64,000 nucleotides of DNA, taken from NCBI GenBank assembly GCA_049300255.1, contig JBAQJJ010000040.1:74978-138977 (forward strand). The letters run 5' to 3'. Below, piece by piece: positions 18,437 to 26,953 of the stretch. Position 1 is the first letter of the stretch, and the number at the start of each line of letters is the position of its first letter. Below the pieces are notes generated by a model. The model saw nothing but the letters and a program-made list of their open reading frames with translations, had not been told where the DNA came from and searched no databases. Source of the DNA: Thermoplasmata archaeon (GTDB taxonomy: Archaea; Thermoplasmatota; Thermoplasmata; Lutacidiplasmatales; UBA184). Made by a program: the position numbers and the translations under genes.

Positions 18437-18835
18437 ATGCCGGATTCCGACGCACTTGCGGACGCCACGGCGGTAGTCGTCGCCGGCGACGAGGAGACGC
18501 GGGTCCTCTTGCGGGGGCTCCTTCGGCTCCACCACTTTCGGGTCCTGGGCGAGGCGGAAGGGTGCTCGCAAGCGGTCCAGTTGATCCAAGAGCGACGCCC
18601 TTCGTTACTCATGGCCGACGTCAGTCTCTCCGAAGGCAGTATTCAGAGCTTGATCCGAGACGCGCGCGCTATAACCCCGACGCTCCGCATCGTCGTGGTC
18701 GCGCCGGCTTCACGGCCTCCCCCGGTCAGTGACGCGCAGACCCGCCCGGATGCCGTATTACTCCGGCCGTTCCGGATCCACCAATTTGCGGACGCGCTCT
18801 CCCCCCGATCGGGGAGCCCCTCGCCCCCAACCTAG
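18437..18835 (+). CDS. Stand-alone response-regulator receiver (REC, CheY-like) domain protein.
   Basis: 'VVVAGDEETRVLLRGLL...RRPSLLMADVSL...IVVVAP' matches the REC (βα)5 pattern, with the phospho-acceptor Asp in 'LLMADV'. No output domain. Confidence 0.5.
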   Translation: MPDSDALADATAVVVAGDEETRVLLRGLLRLHHFRVLGEAEGCSQAVQLIQERRPSLLMADVSLSEGSIQSLIRDARAITPTLRIVVVAPASRPPPVSDAQTRPDAVLLRPFRIHQFADALSPRSGSPSPPT

Positions 18836-19620
18836 GACGACCCTACCCCCTCGGGTACCTCGTAGCGCTGCAGCGCGGCGACCTCCTCGAAATGCAGCTC
18901 GGCGGCAAGCACTACGAGGGCATGAAGCGGGGACCCGAAATCGACCCTCTGCAACGATCGTCGCGTACCGACCCAACCTTGGGCCGACGCGCTCCCCACC
19001 CGCGCCACGACGGCGATCCGCGCTCCCAAGGGAAGGACCGTGCCTTCGGGGTCCTGGGCCTCGATCAGCTTCAACGCCACCTCCGCTGTGAGGAACGACG
19101 CCTCGTCCGGGCGAAGGTCGAGAAGGACCAGGGTGTGCAGGTTCTGGGATCGGTTCTGCCCCATGACATCCAGCGGCGAGCGTGGGGCGAAGCCGGGACT
19201 CGGGAACGGGAGGGAGACCGTTCGACCGAATCGATAGTGAATGAGGCCGAGAAAGCTCGCCGCGGCGGTGAGGATGCTTGCGTTCGGAAGATACCGCCAG
19301 GTGTGACCCGCGCGCTCGGCCGCCAGACGGAGCGCGACGTGGGTCGTCGCGGCAAACGGATCTCCAACGACCAGCAAGGCGACCTTCGGATGGGCCGCCA
19401 AGGCCTCCAGAACCACCTGCTCCCCCTCGACCTCGAGGCGGGCGAGGACCTGGATGGGTCGTCCGATCTCGCGCGACAGCCGGGCGATCGACCCCTCGGC
19501 AAGAATCGCGGTATACGTTTCGGCAAAGACCAGGTCGCAGCCCTTGAGCTCGTTCAACGCGCGTCGCGAGAGGTCTTGGTCATCTCCCAGGCCGGCGCCC
19601 ACGAACCACAGCTCTCCCAT
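18832..19620 (-). CDS. dph5: Diphthine synthase (Dph5/DphB).
   Basis: 'MGELWFVGAGLGDDQDLSRRALNELKGCDLVFAETYT' is the tetrapyrrole-methylase-fold N-terminus typical of diphthine synthase. About 260 aa. Confidence 0.7.
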   Translation of the reverse strand: MGELWFVGAGLGDDQDLSRRALNELKGCDLVFAETYTAILAEGSIARLSREIGRPIQVLARLEVEGEQVVLEALAAHPKVALLVVGDPFAATTHVALRLAAERAGHTWRYLPNASILTAAASFLGLIHYRFGRTVSLPFPSPGFAPRSPLDVMGQNRSQNLHTLVLLDLRPDEASFLTAEVALKLIEAQDPEGTVLPLGARIAVVARVGSASAQGWVGTRRSLQRVDFGSPLHALVVLAAELHFEEVAALQRYEVPEGVGSS

Positions 19621-19642
19621 CTCTTCGGGGTCCCGGGGCCGT

Positions 19643-20452
19643 TCAACTGCGGAGCGCCATCACCGGTCCGGGCGCCGCGCGGAACAACTGCTCGATGAAT
19701 CGCCGGGTGAGGAGCGGCCCTTCCGGCTGAACTGTCTCCTCTCCGACCAGCAGCAGCCCGTAGCCCTCGCGGGTCGCGTGGCGGACGATCAGATCAGGCA
19801 GCTGCGTCCGGCGTCCGAGCAACGCCCGCGAAATGAAGGAGTATTTGTGGGTCATGGGAACCCCCCGGGGGGTGCGTTCCGACCGCTCGCGGGACTCGGA
19901 GTCCTCTTCTCCCCGGACAGCAATCGAGAACGTCACGATCGGAGCTCCCCCGTTGTGGAGGGCAATCTCCTCCGCGACGCGCATCGTTTGGGGGGCGGGA
20001 TTCTCGGCGAACGTCGGCAGCAAGATCCTCGGAATGGCGTTGGCCACCATCGCGAGCCGGTTGATGATGAGTACGTCGCATCGGGCGTGCTGCAGGATGG
20101 CGCTCGCGGTGTGACCGACGAAGGGATTCCGACTTCGCTTGTCGCCGCGAAGCGTCATCAGGATCGCATCGACCCCATGCGACTCTTGGCTGTCGAGGAT
20201 CTCCCCGGAGACGTCCGTGGAGGCGCGGATCGACGGATCGACGCGTACATCCAACGCGGCGCCGGCCTCATGCGCCGGAATCGCCAGCTTGACCGACTCC
20301 CGCCACTCCCGGGTCACTTGCGGTAAGCTCCGCGTTTGGATGACATGGAGGACGCGGATCTCCCCGTCGGCCTCGAGCAACATCGCGGCGAACCGGACCA
20401 GGGGCTCGACTTCCGACGCTTCCTGGACCGGAATCAGGATCTGCCGATACAT
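19643..20452 (-). CDS. Tandem universal stress protein (UspA) domain protein directly downstream of kdpC. KdpQ-like.
   Basis: Two USP-like halves ('MYRQILIPVQEASE...RVLHVIQ' and 'RILLPTFAENP...LLLVGE'). Start moved to the internal ATG at 20452, 3 bp after the kdpC stop. The full ORF would overlap kdpC. Confidence 0.5.
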   Translation of the reverse strand: MYRQILIPVQEASEVEPLVRFAAMLLEADGEIRVLHVIQTRSLPQVTREWRESVKLAIPAHEAGAALDVRVDPSIRASTDVSGEILDSQESHGVDAILMTLRGDKRSRNPFVGHTASAILQHARCDVLIINRLAMVANAIPRILLPTFAENPAPQTMRVAEEIALHNGGAPIVTFSIAVRGEEDSESRERSERTPRGVPMTHKYSFISRALLGRRTQLPDLIVRHATREGYGLLLVGEETVQPEGPLLTRRFIEQLFRAAPGPVMALRS

Positions 20453-20454
20453 CC

Positions 20455-21105
20455 CTACCTCCCAATCAGCGGTAGTAGGTTGAGATCGAGCTGCAGCACG
20501 TCGACGTACGCCACGCCTAAGAACGGAAGCGGAGGATTGTCGATCGCCGCATTGACGAAGTTCTGAAGAAAGGCGATCGAGAGGTTGGTGGCGAGCGAAA
20601 CGCGCGGCACCTGAACGAGGACGGCTTCCGGGGCGAGGTCCGGGTCGACCGAGGACGCCGAGGGCGATGCGTAGGAGAAGGGAATGACCGTCGTCGTATT
20701 GTTCCCATACTCCCGCATGTACTGGATGGTTTCGTTGAACAGCGCAGCTAGCTCGGGATCGTCGTACCCGTATGGGAACGTCGTACCGAGTGTCGTGTTG
20801 TAGTCCGTCGCCGACGGGCGCTCCCAGAACAGCCACGGCGCGCTCGTATTTTGCGCGATCAGCGAAGAGCCGACCACCGTGCCGTTCGGGGCGGTCAGAA
20901 GCGATCCATCGGCGCCGTAGGGATTCACGACCTGCCCGATCGCGTATACGGCGATCGGATAGACTCCTCCGCCGATGAGGATCGTCAGGACGATGAGGAC
21001 CAGGGTGGCCCGCACGTGGGTTCCCATTCCATGGGCGGACGGGGGCCGCGCCGATTCCGGCGAACCCACGGACTGCGGGAAGGAGGCCGATGGAGGCGTG
21101 CTCAT
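20455..21105 (-). CDS. kdpC: Potassium-transporting ATPase subunit C (KdpC).
   Basis: Single N-terminal TM 'LVLIVLTILIGGGVYPIAVY' then 'GSLLTAPNGTVVGSSLIAQ' and 'WLFWERPSA', the conserved KdpC blocks. Overlaps the kdpB stop. Confidence 0.65.
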   Translation of the reverse strand: MSTPPSASFPQSVGSPESARPPSAHGMGTHVRATLVLIVLTILIGGGVYPIAVYAIGQVVNPYGADGSLLTAPNGTVVGSSLIAQNTSAPWLFWERPSATDYNTTLGTTFPYGYDDPELAALFNETIQYMREYGNNTTTVIPFSYASPSASSVDPDLAPEAVLVQVPRVSLATNLSIAFLQNFVNAAIDNPPLPFLGVAYVDVLQLDLNLLPLIGR

Positions 21106-23267
21106 AGCCCTCCCAACGGCAGGAGATGCGAGATGATCATGTCCAGATGTTGGAAGACCGGGATCGCGGCCAGCCAGGCGAGGAGGATGTAGACGAGCTT
21201 GATCCCCAAGAACGCGCTCACGAGCCCGCCGAAGCCGTAGTACAACAGATTCCGACGGAGCAGATCGATCGCGCTGCGGGGCCGGAACGGTACGCCTGCG
21301 AGCGCGAGCGGGATGAGCAGGGGGATCACGAGAGCGTTGAACAGCAGCGTGGCGAGCACCGCTAGCCGCGGATCCGCCAGATCGAGTACGTTGAGCTCGC
21401 TGATCGCAGGGAGCCCCGCCGCGCCGGCAGCGATGAAGATCGCGGGTATGACCGCGAAATACTTCGCGACGTCGTTCGTGACCGTGAACGTCGTGAGCGC
21501 CCCGCGCGTGATGAGCAGTTGTTTGCCAATCGAGACGATCTCGATGAGCTTGGTCGGATCGCTGTCCAGGTCCACCATGTTACCCGCTTCTTTGGCAGCG
21601 CTGGTTCCGCTGTTCATCGCGAGCCCCACGTCCGCCCGGGCGAGCGCCGGTGCGTCATTGGTCCCGTCGCCGGTCATCGCGACGAGGCGCCCTTGCGCCT
21701 TTTCTCGGTCGATGACGATCAACTTCGTCTCTGGTTTCGCTTCGGCGATGAATTCGTCAACGCCACTCTCCTCGGCGATTGCCGCGGCGGTCAACCGGTT
21801 ATCGCCGGTGCACATGACCGTGTGGATGCCCATCGTCTTCAACTCGTGAATTCGGTCGCGTATGCCGGGCTTCACGACGTCCTTCAGATAGACGAGGCCA
21901 AGGACGTGCTTGTCCCGGGCGATAGCGAGCACGGTCATCCCCTGACGGGACGCTTCGTCCGCTGATTTTTGGAGCGCCATCGGCAACCGTCCGGCGTAGC
22001 TCGTCATCGCTTGGAGCGAGCCTTTGTAGATCTCGGTACCGCTTTGCAGGACGATCCCGCTCATCCGTCGCTCCGGGGTGAATGGCAGGACCTTGAACGT
22101 CCCGGGGTCGAGCCGGGTCGTGGGGGCGTGAAGCCGAGCTCCCAGGCGGATGATCGAACGACCTTCGGGAGTGTCGTCCAGGCTCGAGCAGAGCATCGCG
22201 CCTTCCAGCAGCTGCTCGATGGGGACCTCGGGCGCTTGGACGAACTGAACGGCGAGCCGGTTCCCAACCGTGATCGTGCCCGTCTTGTCGAGGATCAGGG
22301 TGTCCAAGTCGCCGGCGGCTTCGACCGCTTTTCCGGATTTGGCAATCACATTGGCCCGGGAGACTCGGTTGATCCCCGAGATGCCGATCGCGGGCAAGAG
22401 CGCCCCGATTGTGGTCGGCATCAGACAAACGAACAGCGCGACAATCGTCGCCAAATCCACGTAGACGATCGAAGTGAAATTGGCGAGATAAATGAATGTC
22501 ATGACTACGATCAGAAGCGAAATCGTCAACGCCGAAAGGAGGACCGTCAGCGCGAGCTCGTTGGGAGTGGGCTCTCGCGCGGTACCCTCTACCAGCCGGA
22601 TCAACCGGTCGAGGAACGAAGCGCCTTGGACCGCGGTGACGCGAATTCGAATCGTCCCCTGCAACACTTTCGTGGCCCCGAGCACGCTTGTCTTGTCCCC
22701 GCCGCTCTCCCGCGTGACGGCGGCGGACTCCCCCGTCATCATCGACTCGTCGATCAGCGCCGCGCCTTGGATCACGTCACCGTCCAAGGGGATGGTCTCC
22801 CCGGCCTCGACCTCAACCGTGTCCCCGACGCGCAGGACGTCCGCGCCTACCCAGCGGCTGGTGTCGTCCGGCATGATCTGTCGGGCGCGAATCCCGCTCT
22901 GGATCTCACGCAGGCTGTCCGCTTGGGCGCGTCCCTGCGCCTCCGCAATCGCTTCGGAGATATGCGAGAACCAGAGGGTGAGGAAGAGGATGATCGTGAC
23001 GCCCACGTAGTAGCCCGCGTTGTACGTGCGGGCGATATCCGGAAACGCCCGCGGATAGATCGTTAGAACGACCAGCAGGAAGAACAGTACGTAGACCGTG
23101 AACATTACCGGATGCCGGACCTCGCGTCTCGGATCGAAAAGCCGGAAGGAGTCGACGAGTACCCGCTGCACTGAGGTGTGCGGCACGCGCCGGACCGACA
23201 CTTGCGCCCCGGCTTCGATGATTTCGGACAACTCAAAGACCCCCCACCATTTGGGCGAGCGGACCAA
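21102..23267 (-). CDS. kdpB: Potassium-transporting P-type ATPase subunit B (KdpB).
   Basis: P-type motifs 'LDKTGTITVGN' (DKTGT) and 'MTGDGTNDAPALARADVG' (GDGxNDxP). 721 aa. Confidence 0.8.
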   Translation of the reverse strand: MVRSPKWWGVFELSEIIEAGAQVSVRRVPHTSVQRVLVDSFRLFDPRREVRHPVMFTVYVLFFLLVVLTIYPRAFPDIARTYNAGYYVGVTIILFLTLWFSHISEAIAEAQGRAQADSLREIQSGIRARQIMPDDTSRWVGADVLRVGDTVEVEAGETIPLDGDVIQGAALIDESMMTGESAAVTRESGGDKTSVLGATKVLQGTIRIRVTAVQGASFLDRLIRLVEGTAREPTPNELALTVLLSALTISLLIVVMTFIYLANFTSIVYVDLATIVALFVCLMPTTIGALLPAIGISGINRVSRANVIAKSGKAVEAAGDLDTLILDKTGTITVGNRLAVQFVQAPEVPIEQLLEGAMLCSSLDDTPEGRSIIRLGARLHAPTTRLDPGTFKVLPFTPERRMSGIVLQSGTEIYKGSLQAMTSYAGRLPMALQKSADEASRQGMTVLAIARDKHVLGLVYLKDVVKPGIRDRIHELKTMGIHTVMCTGDNRLTAAAIAEESGVDEFIAEAKPETKLIVIDREKAQGRLVAMTGDGTNDAPALARADVGLAMNSGTSAAKEAGNMVDLDSDPTKLIEIVSIGKQLLITRGALTTFTVTNDVAKYFAVIPAIFIAAGAAGLPAISELNVLDLADPRLAVLATLLFNALVIPLLIPLALAGVPFRPRSAIDLLRRNLLYYGFGGLVSAFLGIKLVYILLAWLAAIPVFQHLDMIISHLLPLGGL

Positions 23268-24942
23268 TGGCCATCACCGGCAGGAAGAACAGCGCCGAGA
23301 TGATGATCAAAATCAGGGTTAGGTAGATCGTAAACGTCGCGCTGGCGGTGCGCAACGTGCCGGGTCCGGGAGGGAGAGTCCCCTGGCGGGCAAACAGTCC
23401 GCCCACCTGCAGCATGGCATAGATCGGTAGGAATCGGCCGATCATCATGATCAACGCCCCCGTGACGTTGAAGAACAGCGTGGTATCGGTGTAGGTGGGC
23501 GGGGACATCGCGCTGCCGTTGTTGGCCGCTTCGGAAGTGAATTCGTACAACACGACGGTGAAATTGTACGCCGAAAGGTGCGTGGGGGCGGCGGCGAAGC
23601 CAGTAAAGTTACCGAGAATCGCTACGACGAAGGGGACTAGGATGACGGCGGGATGGATCAGAAGCGCCAGGGCGGCCCATTTCACCTGATCCGTGCCGAT
23701 CTTCTTGCCGAGGTACTCCGGGCTCCGGCCCACCAACAGTCCGGCGAGGAAGATCGCCAGTACGGCGAACAGGAGCAGCGTTCCAAAACCGGTTCCCTCC
23801 CCGCCCGGGGTGCTCTGCGTGAACATGCCGAAGAGCAGGACGAGTTGCGCTCCCGGCGATATCGCTGAGAGCGCCATATTGTTCGCGCCGACGTTCGAGT
23901 AGACGCTGACGACCTGGAAGAAGGACGCCTCGGGAAGCGAGAATCGCGTCTCCTGGCCGACCGTATACCCGCCCGTTTGCGCCCCGAGGTTGGGCACGGT
24001 CGCCAGCGTGGGGTTCGTCGCGGATTGGAAAATGATGAACAAGGCCAGTGCGACGACGAAAATGATCAGAATCGTGCCCAAGTAGGGCCATGCTTCGTTT
24101 CGTCGACGAATGATCTGGCCGAAAGCGAACGGTGTGGAGAAGGGGATCAGCATCATCACGCCGGATTCAAACAGATTCGAGATTGCACTCGGGTTTGCAA
24201 ACGGGTCGGCCGCGTTGGCGGAGTACCATCCACCGCCATTCGTTCCCAGGATTGAGATGGATTGAAACGATGCGACTGGGCCGAGGAAGATCGTTTGGGT
24301 CCCGCCGATGATGGGATGGACGACGATCGTATCCGTAAGGGTCTGCGGCACTCCGAGGAGGATCATGACAACCGCGCTCAGGGTCGCGATCGGGAAGAGA
24401 ATCCGCGTCAGGCTGCGGACCATGTCGACGTAGAAGTTGCCGATCGTTCCATCCTTGCGGACGAATCCTCGGATCATCGCCGCCGCCACGGCTAGACCGG
24501 TGGCGGCGGAGAGAAACAGGGCGAGTTGCCAAGCGATAACGGCCGATCCAAGACTGATCTGACTCTCGTTTACAAAGTGGGTGAAGTTCGTGTTCGTGGT
24601 GAAACTCATCGAAGAATGGAACGCAAGGGACCACGACATGTCGGGGACGCCGCGACCGTCAAAGGGGAGGCTAGCCTGAAAATAGAAGAAGAAGAACATC
24701 CAGGCAAACATCGCCCCGTTGACGAGCACCAGGGCGAGCATGTACTCCCTGACGCCCATGGAGCGCCGGGGCGAAGTGCCGAGCAAACGGTAGATCCCGT
24801 TCTCGATCGGCGAGATAATGAAGTCCCCGAACAGGGGTCGATTCATGTAAACTCGGCCCAGATAGCTCCCGAACCATGGGGCGATCGCGATGACCAGGCC
24901 CATGACGAGAATGATGTCCCAGAGCGAGCGAATGTCTACCAC
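23233..24942 (-). CDS. kdpA: Potassium-transporting ATPase subunit A (KdpA).
   Basis: 569-aa polytopic membrane protein with repeated 'GTNGGG'-type selectivity-filter-like segments ('ILGTNGGGWYSANAADPFANP'). Sits 5' of kdpB. Confidence 0.75.
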   Translation of the reverse strand: MVDIRSLWDIILVMGLVIAIAPWFGSYLGRVYMNRPLFGDFIISPIENGIYRLLGTSPRRSMGVREYMLALVLVNGAMFAWMFFFFYFQASLPFDGRGVPDMSWSLAFHSSMSFTTNTNFTHFVNESQISLGSAVIAWQLALFLSAATGLAVAAAMIRGFVRKDGTIGNFYVDMVRSLTRILFPIATLSAVVMILLGVPQTLTDTIVVHPIIGGTQTIFLGPVASFQSISILGTNGGGWYSANAADPFANPSAISNLFESGVMMLIPFSTPFAFGQIIRRRNEAWPYLGTILIIFVVALALFIIFQSATNPTLATVPNLGAQTGGYTVGQETRFSLPEASFFQVVSVYSNVGANNMALSAISPGAQLVLLFGMFTQSTPGGEGTGFGTLLLFAVLAIFLAGLLVGRSPEYLGKKIGTDQVKWAALALLIHPAVILVPFVVAILGNFTGFAAAPTHLSAYNFTVVLYEFTSEAANNGSAMSPPTYTDTTLFFNVTGALIMMIGRFLPIYAMLQVGGLFARQGTLPPGPGTLRTASATFTIYLTLILIIISALFFLPVMAIGPLAQMVGGL

Positions 24943-24957
24943 AGAGTGGGACCCGCC

Positions 24958-25071
24958 TCAGAAATGTTCGGGATGGATCATGGAATAGCCGAGATAGATC
25001 GTGAGTATGACGGAAATTACCGTCAGGGATACCAGACCAAGATTTTGCGAGATCCAGTCGAAGGGGCTCAT
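24958..25071 (-). CDS. kdpF: KdpF-like small hydrophobic subunit (about 37 aa).
   Basis: Internal ATG at 25071 yields 'MSPFDWISQNLGLVSLTVISVILTIYLGYSMIHPEHF', a single TM helix ending 'PExF' like KdpF. Sits 16 bp upstream of kdpA. Confidence 0.4.
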   Translation of the reverse strand: MSPFDWISQNLGLVSLTVISVILTIYLGYSMIHPEHF

Positions 25072-25151
25072 GGCCCTCCGGGCGGTTCGAGCAAAATTCC
25101 TGTATTTAGGCTCGAGGTTCGGGGGGCATTTTTGCCACGTGAGGACCATCC

Positions 25152-26888
25152 TTATACGGGGGCCCGACTCCGCGGTTTTCGGATCGCGCGCCCCTCGGCG
25201 GGCGCATCGGGACTCGCTTCGCGGCGACGACGGGCCTCGGCAGAGAGCCGACGAACGATCTTGCCCATCGACTTTTCGCGTCGGACCTCCGCCCGTTGGT
25301 AGCCGACATCTCGAGTTTCTCGCGTCAACAAAACCACGACCCGCCCGAGCGAGGTGCGTCCGGTTCGACCACGCCGTTGGATCGCTCGGATTTCACTCGG
25401 AACTGATTCAAAGAATACCACGAGGTCGACGTCAGGGACGTCCAACCCTTCCTCAGCGACGCTGCTGGCGACCAGCACGGGGAACCGACCGTCGCGGAAC
25501 GCGGTGAGAATCTGGGCTTGTTCGCGTTGATTCATCCCGCGATCCTCCCGATCCCGCGTGGCTTGGCCGACGAATCGACCGATGGTCCAATTTTGGGCTT
25601 CGAGGACGCCTTGGATCGATTGGATCGTGTCCCGATATTGCGCAAATATCAGAATGCGAGGGGGATGGCCGGTGGGGCGGGTCATTTGTTCGCGCACGAG
25701 TTCGATCAGCGCATCGAGCTTGGGGTGCGAGGCGGTCCTTCCTTCGCGAAGGAAGAGGCGCGCCTCTTCCCGCGCCTGGACGACCTGCGAGATTTTGAGG
25801 ACCGCGCGGTCGCCGCGGCTTGGCTTCTCCTTCCCACCGACCCGGTCCAGGTATTGTAGAAACGGTTCGATCCCTTGCGTCTCGAGCCGCTCCTGAGCGT
25901 GATGCAGATGCAGCAGCACGAGCTGGTGAAACAAGGGACCGAATTTCCGGGTCATCGGACCCGGTCGCGCGAAGATCTCCGCGCGCAACGCGATGAGATC
26001 TTTGACGGATAGCGACGTGATTGGTTTCTTTCTTAGATACCCCATCTTCTGGAGTTTTCGAGCGACTTCGTGGGACGCTCGCGTGAGGAGCTCTTGGATT
26101 CGTTTCGACTCGGGCGGTAGGTCGACCCAGCTGTATTCAATGTCGACCGGCTGGACGTATTCTCGGACGCCCTCATCTTCGCGCGAGCGAGCTTCGATGC
26201 GGGCCACTCCCAACGCGCCCACGACTTCCTCGATCCGCTCGTCACGCCCCCCCGGCGACGCGGTGAGCCCGAGCAGCCGCGCATCGTGCCTCCGATCGAA
26301 GCGGAACCGGGCGGCGATCGGTACGTACGCATACCTTCCGACGGCGTGATGGGCCTCGTCGACGACCAGCAGCGCCACACTGCGAAGGTCGTACCTCTCG
26401 GCGGCTAGGTCGTTCGCGACGATCTCGGGGGTGGCGAAGACCGCGTCTGCCGTTTCCCACGCCCCCTCTCGGACCGGGTGTCGAATCGTTCCCGTAAATC
26501 GACTCCGTCGGATATCGCTGAACCACCGGTGAAAAGAATCCGCATGCTGCTGGACCAGCGGGCGGGTCGGCGCGAGAAAGAGCACTTTGCCGTCCTGGCG
26601 GCGGAGCACTTCGGCCGCGACGAGCGCCGCGATGACGGTCTTCCCCAATCCGGTCGGCAGGACCACGAGCAGATCCTCCGTCAGGCCGATGCGCGCGAGG
26701 TCGATCTGGAAGGGAAGGGCACGAAGCGTCTGAGGACGTAAGAGGGGATGGACAATGAATCCCTCCTCGACATTCCACACTCCGGCAAGCGGGGGCGGTC
26801 GAAGGCGAGCCGCTAGGACCGGCACCCGCGGAGCTTCGGTGAGGGGTTCGCCGGTAGTGAACTCTTCGAGAGACCTCTGCTTCGGCAC
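25152..26888 (-). CDS. Hef/FANCM/RIG-I-like superfamily-2 helicase (helicase module only, 578 aa).
   Basis: Walker A 'VLPTGLGKT'. DEAH box 'LVVDEAHHAVGRYAYV' resembles Hef 'DEAHRAVGNYAY'. C-terminal helicase motifs 'VLVASSVAEEGLDVPDVDLVVFFE' and 'QRRGRTGR'. No ERCC4 nuclease domain. Confidence 0.6.
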   Translation of the reverse strand: MPKQRSLEEFTTGEPLTEAPRVPVLAARLRPPPLAGVWNVEEGFIVHPLLRPQTLRALPFQIDLARIGLTEDLLVVLPTGLGKTVIAALVAAEVLRRQDGKVLFLAPTRPLVQQHADSFHRWFSDIRRSRFTGTIRHPVREGAWETADAVFATPEIVANDLAAERYDLRSVALLVVDEAHHAVGRYAYVPIAARFRFDRRHDARLLGLTASPGGRDERIEEVVGALGVARIEARSREDEGVREYVQPVDIEYSWVDLPPESKRIQELLTRASHEVARKLQKMGYLRKKPITSLSVKDLIALRAEIFARPGPMTRKFGPLFHQLVLLHLHHAQERLETQGIEPFLQYLDRVGGKEKPSRGDRAVLKISQVVQAREEARLFLREGRTASHPKLDALIELVREQMTRPTGHPPRILIFAQYRDTIQSIQGVLEAQNWTIGRFVGQATRDREDRGMNQREQAQILTAFRDGRFPVLVASSVAEEGLDVPDVDLVVFFESVPSEIRAIQRRGRTGRTSLGRVVVLLTRETRDVGYQRAEVRREKSMGKIVRRLSAEARRRREASPDAPAEGRAIRKPRSRAPV

Positions 26889-26953
26889 GATTCACTAACT
26901 CGTAGGCCCGAACCCGAGCTCCGCTTAGTCGCTTTCCTGCAGCACGGGATTGA

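Noticed and set aside
19454-20326. 290-aa + strand ORF, and similar long ORFs at 17705–18346 (-), 21969–23066 (+), 24526–25302 (+), 33118–34062 (-), 39360–40094 (+), 62596–63534 (-) and 44024–44989 (+).
   Set aside because: Each lies antisense to, or frame-shifted within, a gene with strong family motifs (USP/Kdp, the 525-aa hypothetical protein, KdpB, KdpA, IDI-2, the Nre-family gene, the GcvH-like/TusA-like fusion, the MmsA-like ALDH). They have the Arg/Gly/Pro-rich composition expected of random ORFs in about 62–65 % GC DNA.
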